Of a stretch of DNA of 63,869 nucleotides, positions 29,901 through 41,900 are shown piece by piece. The notes under the pieces were generated by a model. That model searched no databases, had not been told where the DNA came from, and was given only the letters and a program-made list of their open reading frames with translations. Every line of letters begins with the position of its first letter. The first letter of the stretch is position 1. Source of the stretch: a virus (Duplodnaviria; Caudoviricetes). The stretch is taken from the IMG/VR virus record IMGVR_UViG_3300020469_000047, positions 1 to 63,869 of that record, one strand, 5' to 3'. Made by a program: the position numbers and the translations under genes.

Positions 29901-32392
29901 GCAACAGTTATACTTTTGATCTAAGCGATGCGTCAAATGGTGCTCATGACTTTGCTTTATCAAAATTTAGAGATGGTCAGTGGGCACCTGGTAGAAATGA
30001 AAATATAAGTACAACACTGTCTGCCAACACACCAACTATTACAGTCAATAGCACTGCTGGAATTGAAGTAGGAATGGAGGTTGTGAAAGTTTCTGGAGAT
30101 GGTATTCTTTCTACTGGAACAACTGTAATAGCAGTTGTAAACTCAACCACATTGACATTAAGTTCAAACCCAACAACTGCAGGAGCTATTGTTGTTAATA
30201 TTGTCGGTTCAAAATACACCACAGGTGTTACTGTAGATGGAACCAATTATACAATTAAAATTTCTGATACTACACCTACATTATACTATTTCTGTGCTAC
30301 TGATGATCCTCAACATCAAAACGAAGGTGGAGATGATAATGAAGAAGCAGCAATTACAGTTAATACAAATAACCCTAAAACATTTGGTACTGGATTTGAA
30401 ATTGCTGTCACTGACGTTACTGTAGAAGAAGTTGTAAAAGGTAAAGTAGATGATGGTGAATTTAGTGTACAAAAATTAATAACACCATCCGCACAAATAA
30501 CTGCTGCTGATATTTCAAATGCTACAGTTGCTGCAACTGCAACTCTTGCTGCTACTGTAACAAGTTCTATTACTGCTGTGGCAGGAGAAAACCTTGCGAT
30601 TGCTGTTACAGATCCATTGACAAATAACGTTTCTGTGGATGCTGCTGGTCTTAATGTAGGATCTACAATTCAAATTGCAGCAACTACTGGTGATATCACA
30701 GCATCTAATGAACTTAAAGGTGGTTCAGTTAGTGTTGGTGATTACCTAAAATTATTAAGTTCTAATAACAGTCTATCATCTCTTGGTGGATATGATGTTG
30801 TGGTTGCTCCTGACACAGGAAGAATTGCTGATGTATTAACCAACACTGCTATTGCTATTCCTACTGGTAATACATCAGAAAGACCGACTGCTGGTATTGT
30901 AAAAGATGGTTGTATCAGATATAACACAGACACAAATCAATATGAAGGATATAGTTCTAACTCTACATCATGGTCATCTTTGGGTGGTGTTAGAGACTTA
31001 GATGGAAATACTTACATCTTAGCAGAGCAAACTGTTGGTTCTAATGATAATACATTATGGTTCATCAACGACAATATTAATACAGTCAAGTTTACACCTA
31101 ATCATTTTGAATTTGTAAACATGAAGAAGATGCGTTCTGTGAGCGTATCTGCTCCTGTATATACAGAGTGGGCAGCAAACACTCCTGCAACTTTAGGAAC
31201 ATATCTTAAGTATAAAAATAATCTGTATGAGGTAACTAGTGCTGGTACTACTGCTACAAGTGGTAGTGAACCAGTTCATACATCTGGTGCATTACAAAAT
31301 GGTTCTTGTGAACTTACATATTCTCAGTTAGCGGTTGCTCCTCTAACATTTGAAGATATTGAAGAACTAAGAATAGGACCTACAGGAAGTCTTCCATTAA
31401 GTATTAATGGTGATTTGAGATTAGCAACTAACGTTGTTTCTACAGACATCAATGATTTATTATTAAGACCTAACTCTGGTAAAAAAGTTACTATTGATGC
31501 TGCAACATCTCTTGTAATTCCAAATGGAACTACTGCTGAGAGAGGATCTGCTGCTCAAGGATCTATCAGATACAATACTACAACTCTAACTTATGAAGGT
31601 TATGATGGAACTAACTGGGGTTCTCTTGGTGGTGTTAAAGACGTAGATCAAAATACTTATATCATTCCAGAATTATCTGCTGGATCTAACGAAAATATAT
31701 TGTATTTCTATAACGATGGAAACAATACAATGCAGTTAACAACAACTGCGTTAGATTTCTTTGCTGTAGATACAATCAGATCTCAAACAAGTAACCAGTT
31801 TGAAATCACTGCAAACTTGATGACGTTCAATAATGCAGATACTACATTTGACAATACAGATGCAACTAAGACTTTCCTACATACTTCAAAGCAATACTTT
31901 GATCTTGGTGTTTCTACAGGTGTATATGTAGATCCTATTTTAAGATTAGATGATCAAGGTGATGTGTATTTAAATACTGGTTTTGGAACTGGTAGTTATA
32001 ATGGTGTTAAAGTCTTTGACGGAGATCTAAAAGAGTTTGAACTTGCTGATGTTAAAATCTTATCTGAGGTTATAACACTTGTTAAAGGATCATCAAACAA
32101 CGGTGGATCTAACATATATTCTGTTGCAACTGCTAAAGGAGCGAAGGTAGTTGTTGTTGCAGAAAACCTTGCTGATGGTGAAAAAGAGTTTATTGAATTT
32201 GGTGTCACAGATGATGGCACAGATATATTCCATACTGAGTATGGTAACTTGAGAACAGATTATCAACTCATTATTCCTACGTTTGAATATACTGCTGGAA
32301 ATGAAGCAAGATTAAATATATTATTAGGAGCAAATGTTCCTGCTACCAACTCAGTGAAGATTACCTTCTCATCAACAATCACTAAGAAATAA
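26894..32392 (+). CDS. Baseplate-attached fibre / virion structural protein (gp9-gp10 position)
   Basis: N-terminal V..TDTFEQQR.KIN, many G.GY..G/GGxGxG repeats, duplicated IP.G.T.ER..G.IRYN module. Confidence 0.85.
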   Translation: MPAVNVARTDTFEQQRVKINEIGTQIFTVTAGGSDLSTGNLKLGDGLVTAPSLAFVNDVSVGLYRNGTGVLGFAAGGKKLSDLSASSVKYYRDFLIEKNSLDTLGIAITNAGQNYDGGTYTEIPAIGGTGDGATFGVTIDGFDGTITNTGTGYTPGVYLNIPVISNGSGTGATFDFTVDQISGQITQGGVNYYPGSYTNIAMTGGNGLQMTGDIVVASFSATVTSGSNYPDGLYKSIPLTGGNGTGMLTNLYVVNGGVQPFGGVTSSEYVSTTTNYTIGDVLTGSIPLAGTQTFIVKSSLGNKYFIDGFLGGNFNLLKGKTYVFDCSDATNDPHPLFISTVDADQNTILDAADGVTYELDGATVTGAQFLSGYFGATTSRTITFAVPTNPATTSVWYGCSVHPLQGGELTFSDPNSQQNSFSLVVDAIGGTVTEFIVNAPGDGNYQVGDVLSVAAADLYDANSADAGTAGSGLQITLGGNFGAIPALDKISLFGSGYVTGEILTLASAVNNVSTYARGELTFNGVTFSSNAGVTAIQFTGIATGAAQTYSNILVSTISSNGSGLRVDVVKSVGGGNTSYSAVNIVAAGTGYLPGDTLYIPGNALGGAAGGQPGSGGNDLAISVSTIEAGSAQVTVSSTTGVEVGDGVEIVQNINNPGQIPGGVTVASVDSATQFTMSAGPTIPGAADLKVVNQNTSYLTVPDTSGIINGMVVVYVSGNGGIIAGTTVTGIIDATTVQIGILPTVAGAMVVNFEPEYGGGSSFAYTVGTLGLASEVTIVNGGNGYTIGDTLTANATDLVQPEVYAVINKTIDKVTFTSTYASATFSVGDVVRDAGGGVVASTVTTSTTVAAGANGSYTAVSPSSTSGNGAGATFDISRDGNGDIISAVVTVGAEGYFFVANETVTIPGASVGGSTPADNVVLTITNVTSSTSTTTVTKVGTSGGNISYLITDTFGFQDGEVLVKDSAPTVGYAINTAVSEFRYFVDINDGNGSVMTPSWTVYAGNSYTFDLSDASNGAHDFALSKFRDGQWAPGRNENISTTLSANTPTITVNSTAGIEVGMEVVKVSGDGILSTGTTVIAVVNSTTLTLSSNPTTAGAIVVNIVGSKYTTGVTVDGTNYTIKISDTTPTLYYFCATDDPQHQNEGGDDNEEAAITVNTNNPKTFGTGFEIAVTDVTVEEVVKGKVDDGEFSVQKLITPSAQITAADISNATVAATATLAATVTSSITAVAGENLAIAVTDPLTNNVSVDAAGLNVGSTIQIAATTGDITASNELKGGSVSVGDYLKLLSSNNSLSSLGGYDVVVAPDTGRIADVLTNTAIAIPTGNTSERPTAGIVKDGCIRYNTDTNQYEGYSSNSTSWSSLGGVRDLDGNTYILAEQTVGSNDNTLWFINDNINTVKFTPNHFEFVNMKKMRSVSVSAPVYTEWAANTPATLGTYLKYKNNLYEVTSAGTTATSGSEPVHTSGALQNGSCELTYSQLAVAPLTFEDIEELRIGPTGSLPLSINGDLRLATNVVSTDINDLLLRPNSGKKVTIDAATSLVIPNGTTAERGSAAQGSIRYNTTTLTYEGYDGTNWGSLGGVKDVDQNTYIIPELSAGSNENILYFYNDGNNTMQLTTTALDFFAVDTIRSQTSNQFEITANLMTFNNADTTFDNTDATKTFLHTSKQYFDLGVSTGVYVDPILRLDDQGDVYLNTGFGTGSYNGVKVFDGDLKEFELADVKILSEVITLVKGSSNNGGSNIYSVATAKGAKVVVVAENLADGEKEFIEFGVTDDGTDIFHTEYGNLRTDYQLIIPTFEYTAGNEARLNILLGANVPATNSVKITFSSTITKK

Positions 32393-32395
32393 AAA

Positions 32396-32896
32396 ATGGC
32401 AACTACTATAGATAAGTTTGACTCGACTGGTGGTTTTTCTATTGCTAGAACCTCAGTTATTGATGAACTCAGGAATGGTAAAGATTTCAACACACTTGAA
32501 ATTAAAAATTCACAATACACAGATAGCAATACAACAACATATATTTTGAGAGGTGTTAATACTGCATCTCTGGCATTGGATAGTGTAGGTACACAAATTC
32601 CTATTGCTAATAATACTATGAATTTTGTGACTGGTCACATCATTGCAGTTAATGATTCTGGCGTTGTTTTTACAAACAAACTAGAGTCTGCAGTCTATTG
32701 CGATGGTAGTGGCAACGTTTCTGTCATGTCTACAATGGAGACTGTGATTAAAGATGACATTCCCTCAGGTCAAACTTGGTCTATCGTTCCCGTAGGTGCT
32801 GCTAGTAGATTTTCATACTCAACAGTTAGAGCTGGTACAACTGCTACAATTAAATGGGCAGCATCTACCAGAGTTACTAGTCTAGCTTGGGTTTGA
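32396..32896 (+). CDS. Virion structural protein (beta-rich)
   Basis: 166-aa ORF between two fibre genes. Confidence 0.8.
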   Translation: MATTIDKFDSTGGFSIARTSVIDELRNGKDFNTLEIKNSQYTDSNTTTYILRGVNTASLALDSVGTQIPIANNTMNFVTGHIIAVNDSGVVFTNKLESAVYCDGSGNVSVMSTMETVIKDDIPSGQTWSIVPVGAASRFSYSTVRAGTTATIKWAASTRVTSLAWV

Positions 32897-32900
32897 TGAT

Positions 32901-32908
32901 GCTAAATA
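32901..32908 (+). promoter_or_regulatory. Late promoter (CTAAATA variant)
   Basis: GCTAAATA upstream of 32949. Confidence 0.6.
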
Positions 32909-32948
32909 TAACTGAGGATAATACAGGTTCTGGGAGTTAAACTGAGAC

Positions 32949-35900
32949 ATGGCAATTCATATTAATTCCGATAAAGAAAAGTTTAGGGGCGTCAACCCAA
33001 AACTTATCGGAGACAATGAACTTACTATAAGGAGTGGAACTGGTTCTAATGAGAAGGAAATTCTTAGAACGCAGTTAGATTCTAGTACAGGATTGCCCCG
33101 TGTTGGTATCAACAGAACGGGTCAACGAGTTAATGACGTTCAAATAGATGCTGGTGGTTCTGGATACATATCTGCACCAACTGTAACCATTGCTCCACCT
33201 CCCAGTGGAGTTCAAGCACAAGGTTCTGCTTTTATTTTTAACGGACAAGTAGTTTCTATTGCTGTTAACGAACCAGGCAACGGATATACTAGTGCTCCAT
33301 TAGTTACTCTATCAGGCGGTGGTGGTGTTGGTGCTGCTGCAACAGCGGTACTTGATACTGTAGACTATGAACTTGATATTAACGGTGCGATTAGAACTTC
33401 TACATCTATCATTTCTGACACTGCGAGAATACTAAACCTTGATATTGATAACTTTGTTACTCCTAACGCAGCATTTAGAGCACCATCTTTAAAAACTTTT
33501 ATTAATAATTCTGGTACTCTTTGGTCACCAAATATTATTCTACAGGAAAATGCTTACAGATATTTCGGACAGAACGTATATCAAGCAATAACTTCTGGAC
33601 AAACAGGTGCTAGTGCTCCTACACATACAGATGGAACTGCCTTAAATGGTGAAGTTACATTTAAACATATTGGTTTTCGTGTTGTAGATACAAATGCATA
33701 TGGATATAGTGCAACAGGACCTGCTGGAGAGTTTCCAAAATCTATCACACCTCTATTAGGTGATAGATCAGATAAGATTGCTACTACAGAATACGTCCTT
33801 AACCTAGCAACAAATGACGTTGGTGGTCGTGTTTATGTTTCACAGCAGATTGGTTCTGACCTTAACGATGGTAGATCTGCTGTAAACCCAGTAAGAAGTA
33901 TTAAGAAGGCAGCACAATTAGCATGGTCAACACCTGGTGTCAAAGAAACTATTATTGTATCTGGTGGTGACTACGTAGAAGATAACCCAATATCATTACC
34001 TCCTGATGCATCAGTTGTTGGAGATAACTTACGTCTTGTTATCATTCGTCCTGCTAATCCACAGAAACATATCTTTAAGTTTGGTGATAAGAACTATGTA
34101 ATTGGTGTTACTTATAGAGATAAGATTGACTCTAATGGTGACGCAGTTGCTACTTGGGACTTTGCTATGGTCTTTGACGATAAGCAAAGAGTCATAATTG
34201 ATAAAGATGCAAATGGAGATGCTGGAACATCTTGGCCTATAGGTCATCAGATATTTGGTCCTCAGCAGTTCCGTGTTGGTTTCCAAGACAATACTGGTTT
34301 AGCAAATTTAACTACTGGTTTACAAGTTGTTGGTGCTAACACTGGTGCTAGAGCATCTATTATTGCTGTAAATTTTGCTCAAACTACAGGTGCGAGTGCA
34401 TATGTAACTGGTACAATTGACGTCAAACTAGACAGTGGTTCTTTTGTAGAAGGTGAACAATTTAATTACGTAGTTTCAATTCAAACTGGTGCTCAACAAT
34501 CATTAACAACATCAGGCACAACAGCTGCTAATAAAATTACATACACACAAGATCCTACAAGTGCAATTCCTGCAGGAACATATGTGTATCTTTCTGATGC
34601 TGGTAATGCAGCATTTACTGCATCAACTGGATATTATGAGGTTGCTTTAATTGCACCTAATGATGTAAACAGTCCTACAGCATGGGAAGTAACATTTGTA
34701 CCTCTTCTAGGTTCTGTTGGTTGGAATAATATATTCACAGCACAAATAGAAACTTTCACAGGAAATGCTACAGTAAATACTTTAAACACTAATTCTCTCA
34801 AATCAATTAGAGCTGAGGGTGAAGTTGTATCAGTAGATGAAGATTACGTTACATCTCTACCTATTTCTAGAATTGACTTCTCTTTACAAGGTGATGCTAG
34901 TATTGCTCAAGGTGGTTTCCAGAATGCACAGTTTGGTAACGCTGAAGATCTAGGTGGTATTGTATTCTATACAAACGCACTGGTTGGTAGAAATAATACT
35001 CACGAGTTTAAAGAAGGTCAAGAAATTTTAATTGAAGGATTACCAACTACAACTCCAGACTTATCCATGTTAAATGGTAAGCAAAGAATTTATAAAGTAT
35101 TAGAAGATGCTGATGGTCGTTGCAGAAGATTTGTAATTCCTAAAAAATTACCAGCAATTACTGATGCTAATCTAGATCCTGGTCAATTTGCAATTGTTAA
35201 GACTTTCTCAAAGTCAATCACACTTTCACTTCTAAACTCTCCAAACAGTTTCCCAATATCTACACCAGTAGAAAGAAGATTCCAAGACGCTTGTACATTC
35301 CTTCGTAACAACAGAGAATTTATTGCAGAAGAAGTTCTTGGTGAGATTAATAATCAGTTTGCAAGATTCCATTATTCTGTTTATGATATTGGTGCTGGTG
35401 GTGGAAATGATTTCAAAATATTTGTTGGACTTACTGGACAAGAACACACATATGTTTCTGGTGGTACAGTAACATTTGGTGGAACTACTGTTAATGTAAC
35501 TAATTTTATTTACGATAATACTGTCACAGGTAATGCAACTATTACAACTGCATCTCCTATAGCAGGATTGGCAGAAGATGATGTAATAAAACTAGAAGGA
35601 ATGACTCTATCCTGTAGTGCTGGTAATAAAATATATCCTGCATACAGTGCATATAGTGCAGCAGGAGATGATGGTGATACACAATGTAAGCAAGATGTTA
35701 TTCACTTTATCAATGCTCTTATAAGAGACTTAGAATTTGGTACAAACCATAACGTTCTTGAAGGTTCTCAGAAGTATATTGTTGGCGGTAAGATAACATA
35801 TATTGATGATGAAATTATAGAGAATGTTCGTGCTATTGAATATGCTAGACAGTTAGCAATATATTGCGTAAGAAACTGGAGAACTGGAAATGGAACTCCT

Positions 35901-38900
35901 TCAGAACCAATCTACACACCAAAATATTCTAGTCTAACAAGATACTTTGATGACACTGTAATTACATCTACAGCTTTATTAAATGCAGATGGTAGTTCTA
36001 ATGGTAGTGGAAATGCTTGTAATGATGTAACATCTGCTATTGATACTTTATCATTCTTATGGAATGATGTTATTGCTAACAACGCTAGTGGAACATATCT
36101 AGACGCTGCATATTTAATATCAAGAAATAAAACACTTATTGCTGATCAAGCATTACGTGACACAGAGGCATACTTCCCATTCTTAGATTTAAGTGATGTA
36201 CATGAAAGAAAATGTCGTAGAGATGTTAGAAAGATATTAGATGGTCTAATTAGAGACTTAGTATTGGGTGGTAACGATGGTATCTTAACTGCTGCTGAAT
36301 CATACTTTACAGGAACACAATTAACTGGTGTTCAAGAAGCACAACGTGCACCAACTTTATATGCTGTTGGAAGAGCAAAATTATATGCTATCGCAGCAAT
36401 GCGTAACTGGACTGATGGTAACGTCGTAACAGTCACACCAAATAACTCCACATATAATTCTACATCAGGTGAATTAACTGTTTCATTCCCAAATCCTACA
36501 ATCGCAGTTTCCATAGGAGACAGAATTGCATTTAAGGAAGAAGCACTTAATTTCTCATGTACATACAATGGCGTAACAGCAAACCATCCTGGTCCTGCAA
36601 AAACAGATCCATCATATGGAAAGAGTTTTAATATATCAAACCTTGTAAGTAACGGAACTACAACAACAATTACATGTAATGTTGGAGATGCAGGTCCTGC
36701 TGCTGGTATTGCTCACTCATATGTAAGTTCTGTAACTGATGGAACAATCATAGTTTACAATCCTACAACACTATCATCACCTATTCCTAAGTTTGAGGAT
36801 TGGAATATACTTCTTGATGCTACTTCAAGTGCTGCGTCTAACATATTATCTCCAACAAATGCTACTTATGAACCAGGAACTGGTTTACTAGAATTAACAG
36901 TTCCATCTGGTCATGGTGTAACTACATCTAACGAAGTTAGAATTGCTGAAAATGCAATAACAATGACTTGTGCGATGGATAATAATATCACAGAGCATAG
37001 TTATCCACAAGAAGGACAACCAGCATATGGTAATAACAGATCAGTAACTGCAACAACTGCAACTACAATCACAGTTGACGTTGGTGTGGCAGGATCAAAC
37101 CTAACATTTACACCTACAAATGCTACTTACGATCCATCAACTGGTTTATTAGTTCTAACTATTGGTTCTCATAGTTTGACTATAGATGAGGGTATTGTTA
37201 TTGCTAACGATGCACTTACATTTACATGTACAATGGATGGCAATCAGAGTCAGAAGACTTATCCTCGTGCATCTACTGATTATGCTGCTGAAAGATCTCT
37301 TCCAATCGTAGCAATAGGAGCTGAAACTATTACTCTTGATGTAGGAACTGCTGGTGCTAACAGAACATTTACTGCTACTGATGCAACATACGTACCTTCA
37401 ACAGGAGTCATGGAACTTACTGTTGGTCAGCATGGTTTAGGTGTTGGAAAAGGTATTGTAATAGTTGATAACTCTTTGGTATTCACATGTGCTCAAGATG
37501 GTAATGCATCAAACCATTCATATCCAAGAGCTTCTGATCCTGCATCTGGAACTTCTAGAACAATTACTGCTGTGGGTGAATCGCAGCACACAGTTTCAAA
37601 CGCAGTATACACAACTACTACTGGTGTAATGGTGGTTACCAGTGCTGGTCATGGATTTAGTAATGGTGATTATGTTAAATTTGATGATAATTCATTAACA
37701 TTTACATGTGCTTTAGATAGTAATGCAACAAACCATACTTACCCACGTCCTACAGATCGTGCTAGTGGTAGATGGTTACTCATATCAAACAAAACAAATG
37801 ATACATTTGAAGTTAATGTTGGTATTAATACAAAAGGTGGGACACATGCTTTCGTTAGTGCAGTAACAAATGGATTGAAGAGACAGACTGGAACATTAAC
37901 TGTTAATGTTGGGACATCATCTAATACAACAAACCATACATTTGTAAGTGCTGCTGCTGATGGTATTACACATTCCCCATCAACTGTTCACACATTTGTA
38001 TCTGCAGCAAGTGGTTCAGTAATTCATCAACCATCTGCTGTTCATACATTCAAGAGAATGGATGCAAACTCTGTGTCTGTATATGCTGCAGGAGCTGCAC
38101 CATTATGTGCTAGTGTTGCAACATCTATCAACACAATAATGAGTACACTTACTGATGTGTTAGATGGTACGACTTCTGCTGGTTCTACAGCAAGAACATA
38201 TGGAACTCTATTTGATGCCTCACTACTCTTTACATATCCAGATGCTTTCTTATATGATTCTACTAATAATAGAGTTGCGATTCGTGGTGACTATGATGAT
38301 TATCCAATCATTGAAGCATCTCCATATACACAGAACGCATCTGTTATCTCCTTCTTAGGTGGTGGTGGTGCTGAGGTTGATGGTGCTAAAGTTAAACAAC
38401 CTAACTGTCCATTTCCTGGTCTTGAACTAGATGGAACCGCATCCTTCCCGAACCAAGGTAAGTCGATGGTTGCATCGGCATTCACGATTGTTTCCTTTGG
38501 TGGTACTGGATATAAAGTTATTAACGATGGTTATACACAGTTAGTTTCTGTGTTTGTTATCTTCTGTCAAGATGGTGTGCTTGCTGAGTCAGGTGGTTAT
38601 TGTTCTATTACAAACTCTGCTACTAACTTTGGTACATATGCATTAAGAGGTATTGGATATAGATCTGAATGTTATACATTTGACCAAGGTACAATTAGTA
38701 ACGTATCTGCTACACCTACTGGTAGAACAATTCTTACAGTCAGTGGATTAGGAAGAGAACCACTAGAGCATTATGTTGGTAAAATTGATGGATACAGAAA
38801 TACAAACGTAAATATAGAATACTTCATTGATGTCGTTGCTGGCGTTACTGTAGGTCCTCCATTCTCTGCACAGTTAACATTTGATGATGGTACTGGTCAA

Positions 38901-41900
38901 GGAATGGATCTTACTGATACTACCACTAACGCAGCAGTTGCTACAGGTGTTCTTCTTGGTAAATCAATTAAGTTACATAGACCATCTATCGTTAACTCCT
39001 CATCACACACTTGGGAATTTGCTGGATCTGGTACTAACTACTTAGCACTACCTGAGAACGGTGGTACTAAGATTGAAGCATACGAACAAGTTTCTGAACA
39101 GTATGGTCGTGTATACGTTTCTGGTACTGACGAACTTGGAGACTTTAAGGTTGGTACATTTGCTAGAATTGAAAACAGAACTGGTGCTATTACCTTTACT
39201 GGTACGGTTACAATCTCTGAAGTTGAATTCTTGAAACTAAAAGGTGGTGACGTTGTTGTTACTGGTTTTGATGCATCTAATACATTAGGTGGTGCTAACT
39301 CTAGTGACTCTAAACTACCTACACAGAAAGCGGTTAGAGACTACATCACTAACTCTTTAGGACCTTACATTAACAAACCATACTCTACTAACGCTGTTCC
39401 TAGAGCACTGGTTGAATTGACTGACTCTGGTAAGATATCTATTGACCAGATTCCTGCATTAAGACCATTCAGTGTATTTACAGTTGCTAGTCAAACAGAA
39501 AGAACATCTCTAGAAGGTGCACTTGCTGGTGATATCGCTATTCAACAGGATACATCACAGTCATTCATCTTAAACAATGACCTAGAAAGTTTATTCTTAG
39601 GATTTGCAGTAGATACTAGTTTAGCATTTACAATTGGAGATATATTCGAGGGTAGTATATCTGGTGGTCGTATACAGTCAACAGAATACAGACAAGGTGT
39701 TGTATATACAATCAACATTAGTAACGGTGGTTCTGGTTATACTGTTGCACCAACTGTTAGTTTCTCAGGTGGTAACCCTGCAGCTGGTGCTGTGGCAGCA
39801 GCAGCAACTTGTACAATTGCAAATGGTCAGGTTGTTACTGTTACTATCGTTGAGTTTAATGGATTCAAAGGTGGTAAAGGATATACCACACAACCTACTG
39901 TTACATTCTCTGCTCCTCCAGGTGCTGGTCAACAAGCACAGGGTAATCCTTTAATTGAAAGTAGACTCTATGGTAATATTGTTAACAATATCAAAATAGA
40001 AGATACTGATACTATTAATGATAGTACAACACCAAGTGCAAATACAGTTAATATTAATAGAACGATCAACACATCTTCATTCAATGTTAACAACTGGGTA
40101 TCTCTATCATCTAACCAGATTGCTGCATCAGATATTACATCAGGTGTTATTGAAACAGATAGATTAGCATCAGGTGGTGCTGCTAACTCATTCACATTCT
40201 TAAGAGGTGATCAGAACTTTGCATTAGCAGTTCAGTCTATCAAAGGTGCTGAAACAAGATACTTTGCTAAATTAGCAGCACAGTGTAATACTGGATCATC
40301 ATCTATGATCTTTACCACGAACTCTGACGTTCTTATCGGTCACGATGTTCTTTCTGGTATTGCTGGAATACAATCTAATTCAAGTATTACTGGTGTTATT
40401 ACTGCTGCTGGTCTAACAACCATATCAATAAACAATCCAGTTACTCAAAACATTCCATTGGGAACAATCATTGAGTTTGAGCGTGGTGCATCACCAATGA
40501 CATTTGAGTCTACCTTCACACAGGGTGGATTTGTTGATGATGTTATCATTGCAAACGGCGGATCAGGATTTACAAACGGACAATATTTTGATCAATCTCT
40601 ATCAGGTGGTACAGGAACAGGATTAAAAGCAAACATTGTTGTTGCTGGTAACGCTGTTACAGAAATGACTGTTACTGATGGTGGTACTGGATACAATGCC
40701 GACTTCTCAATTACAGTTGCACCTTCATCAATTGGTGGTGGATCTAGTTTAGTATTAAATGCTAAAGTAAGTACAGTTAATAGACAGTATGCAAACGTCT
40801 CTCTTGATATTAATAGAGTTACTGACCTAACAATTTCTGCAGACCTTTACGGAACAATTGGTGTTTCCAGATATAAGAAATCACAATTTAATATTGGTCA
40901 GGCAGGAAACGGATCTGTTGAACTTAAGACTGGTGCCGATAGTGGACTTGATGCTGACTTATTAGATGGACAGCAAGGTAATTACTATACTAGTGCGACT
41001 AACTTGTTCTCTGGAACAGTTCCACAAGATAGACTGGGTGGTATATATGGTATTGACATTAGTGGATCTTCTGCTAACACAATTAGATTACAGACTGGTA
41101 CTAACAACCCAACCTCTAACCCAAATCCAAACAGTTTCGTTGAAGGTGCTATTTCTAACACAGTATTCAATAGTTCTAACGGATTAGGAACTGCATATCC
41201 TTCAGTTAACACAGGTATTGGAACTGGAACATCAACCAAGCACTTAGTTCTAACTTTAAGAAACGGTGCGTCTGGTTTCGACGCATCATTCGGTGGTGTA
41301 AGACAACTTGCATTTGCCAATGATGACAACATGTATCTTCGTGGTTCTGGTAACGGAGTTAGCACATGGAACTCATGGTCGAAGGTATGGACATCATTAA
41401 GTGATGGTGTTGATTCTGGAATGGATGCTGACAAACTAGACAACAGACAAGGTGTTTGGTATCAGAATGCATTAAACATTAACTACGGAACATTATCTGA
41501 TAATAGACTTCCTAGTTTTATTAGCGAAACTAAGTTTAGAGATAAGGTTACAATCAAAGCGTTTGCTGGTGATCCTAAGTTTAGAATATATGTCTCAGGT
41601 TCAATATTAAATACAGCACCATTTATACCTGGCGATCCATTAAATCCATCTGTAAACCTTTACAATGCTAACGCACAGGGTGTTGGTAGTTTTGTTATTG
41701 ACAACGTTATAACAAATGATGATGTCAATGATAACTTTAATGACTTTACAATCTTAATTGGTAGATTAACATCTGGTAACTTTGCTGGTGCTCTAACAGT
41801 TGGTACTGCATCTAACAGAGTAGAGTTTGACGACTTTACTATTGAAGATGGTAACACACTAGAAGTTTGTAATTTACATAGTGATGGTGGTGTTGGACAG

